From Octopus vulgaris (taxonomy: Eukaryota): 64,000 nucleotides of DNA. The notes below the pieces were generated by a model. That model was given only the letters and a program-made list of their open reading frames with translations. It was not told the DNA's origin and made no database searches. Shown here in pieces: positions 61,981-64,000 of the stretch; the stretch's first letter is position 1; each line of letters starts with the position of its first letter. The stretch is taken from positions 1 to 64,000 of the forward strand of contig OX597841.1 of assembly GCA_951406725.2 (NCBI GenBank). The letters run 5' to 3'. The position numbers were made by a program, and so were the translations under genes.

Positions 61981-63059
61981 ATACTTTTACTGTAAAATTA
62001 GAATTTAATTCTAAATCTAATTTTTTTCCCTGTAAGTTTGGATTTACTCCCTAATATTATTATTATTATTATTATTATAAATATATATATGTATATATAT
62101 AGTTAATCCAAACAAGAAAACACAAAAAAACACAACAACGCGAGGACGTGGAACAAATATAGTATTATTGGACGCTCAGGAAAGAAGGGAAGAAGGAGGG
62201 TTTAACGTTTCGAGCGGAGCTCTTCGTCGGAAGCATAGGAGAAGGAAAGATCCAGAGAAGGGAAGACAGAGGAAAAAAAATCGCCAACGGTACACACGTG
62301 GTCACATATGTATGTGTATATAAGTACGAATGTATGTATATATGTATTTGTTGTAATATAGATTATTTTCTATACTGAATTTTGTTGTATTTTCGTTGCC
62401 CTAGGACACAACTCTTGTAAGTAATGGAAAACATTAAATATTAACAGAAAATCATTTGGAAAATGACAAGATTGAAAAGAAGCCACGAGTATGGATTTTG
62501 TAGACATGCTGCTTAGTTTTAAGCCACATTCAACACATCGCTTAAAAGCTAATAAATATGTTGTACGATTTGTAATGGTGTATAATATCTAATGGTGTGT
62601 CGGCACGCGAGCGAGATATGAAACAATATTGATAAATGAAAATGTTAGAGCAAAAAATCAGTTCAGTAAATTAATTTAGTTCAAGCTGACAGTATTACGT
62701 CTAAGAGGTTCGTGCTTATATATCGACTGACAGTCACCAGATGAGGTTGGTTGGTTGAATTCATTCTTATGTTGTTTACTGTTAATACGATTCGCACTCA
62801 GTTACAGAGATTCATATTTGGACAGCAAACAAAATTTCGATGCTTAAATCGATAAGTTCGATTAAACTCAGCAGTCAGGAGAATCATTGATGTCATAGGT
62901 TCAATACATGGTTGTATTTATTGAAGCTTAAATAGATTGAAAAACAACAGAAATGTAGCATTAATTATATATATATATAGCAGTAAAAGTTTCAAGTTCG
63001 AATCCAGCTCGTTTCTGTATCTTACATAGACCACATGATGTATTTTTATACGATTGTGT

Positions 63060-63560
63060 CCCAAGCAAGGTTTGAGACCAGTGTAGTACAAGGGACTACG
63101 AAGAAGGAAAGGAAAGGAGCCCACATATTCAAAACCGGTTGATTGACAAAGCTTAATGGACCGAATATCATAGAGCAAAGGAAACGAAGACGATTTTAGT
63201 GAGTTCGAGAGAGCAGTAGTTTGAGGAAAGAAACTGTGGGAATAAAAGCACTTAAGACTGACAGGAAGCTCAACAGGGAAACGATGCGTCTTTAAAAGAG
63301 AAATGGGGGACACGTTTGAAGGTTTTGAGAGGAGTTACTAGACAAGAAATTTCATCAGAGCAAAGTCTGTGGAAATAGTGGAGGTAAAACAGTGTCAGAA
63401 TACGTTGCGATTTGTAAACATTTAGTTAGACAGGTGTACAGAATTATGAGGCGGAAATGTTTTTTCTTTAATAGACAGTTGTTTCTGGAGCACTTTTTCC
63501 AACAGAACCCAGACATGCGACTGGTTTTCATCCTTGGTATACAATCTAACTTGATTTTTC
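63060..63560 (-). mobile_element. CR1/Jockey-group LINE 3' fragment, degraded
   Basis: YSHSFFPQTTALSNSL..FPLLYD..K matches the SFFPRT..WN.LP C-terminal LINE motif. Confidence 0.65.
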
Positions 63561-63669
63561 AGTAAAAATATATGCTGTTTCGCTTGTTTTTATATCCTGG
63601 TTTTTGGAGCAGAAGCCCAAAGCGTGAAGAATAGATCATTGAGGAAATACAAGATGATGTATAGTAGAC

Positions 63670-63700
<31 letters not shown>

Positions 63701-63730
63701 TGTATGTATGTATGTATGTATGTATGTATG

Positions 63731-63761
<31 letters not shown>

Positions 63762-63766
63762 GTATG

Positions 63767-63820
<54 letters not shown>

Positions 63821-64000
63821 TGTGCGTACCTATATGATAATGGAGAAAGCTGCTTAGTAATTAGATATGTAACAGTTAATAAAGAATTCAATTATTAAAA
63901 GCTTGAACGTCTGGAATATTTTTTTTATAAATTTATGAACCGACGCAAGAGAATTCGAGACAGGAGAGAAATCATCTCATCCTGCGTCAGATTGCTGAAG

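Overview
AT-rich, microsatellite-saturated animal genomic DNA. The SINE, LINE and microsatellite landscape looks like a coleoid cephalopod (Octopus-like); this is an inference. The only supportable host genes are a minus-strand tandem array of three paralogous, spliced genes, which I assembled by hand from GT-AG boundaries and exon phases. Gene C (60298-47444, 5 coding exons, 297 aa) and gene B (33901-25592, 5 coding exons, 296 aa) are complete. Gene A (starts at 2862) has only exons 1-2 in the window. Each encodes a predicted secreted protein: a signal peptide, a degenerate PAN/apple-like module and a ~185-aa Trp/Cys-containing domain I cannot name with certainty. The paralogs show patchy divergence: exon 1 is nearly homogenised between A and B, while exon 4 is only ~41% identical between B and C. 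They also share a conserved upstream non-coding block that ends in a splice donor. The rest of the window is transposon-derived: tRNA-headed SINEs, R4/Dong-like LINEs in intron 1 of all three genes, CR1-like LINE pieces, non-autonomous Helitrons, a mariner relic, a MITE with an 8-bp TSD, a gypsy relic and satellites. There are at least six minimal type-I hammerhead ribozyme motifs of the kind carried by Penelope-like elements; one lies in the sense orientation in an intron of gene B. Almost all ORFs in the supplied track are microsatellite or SINE artefacts.
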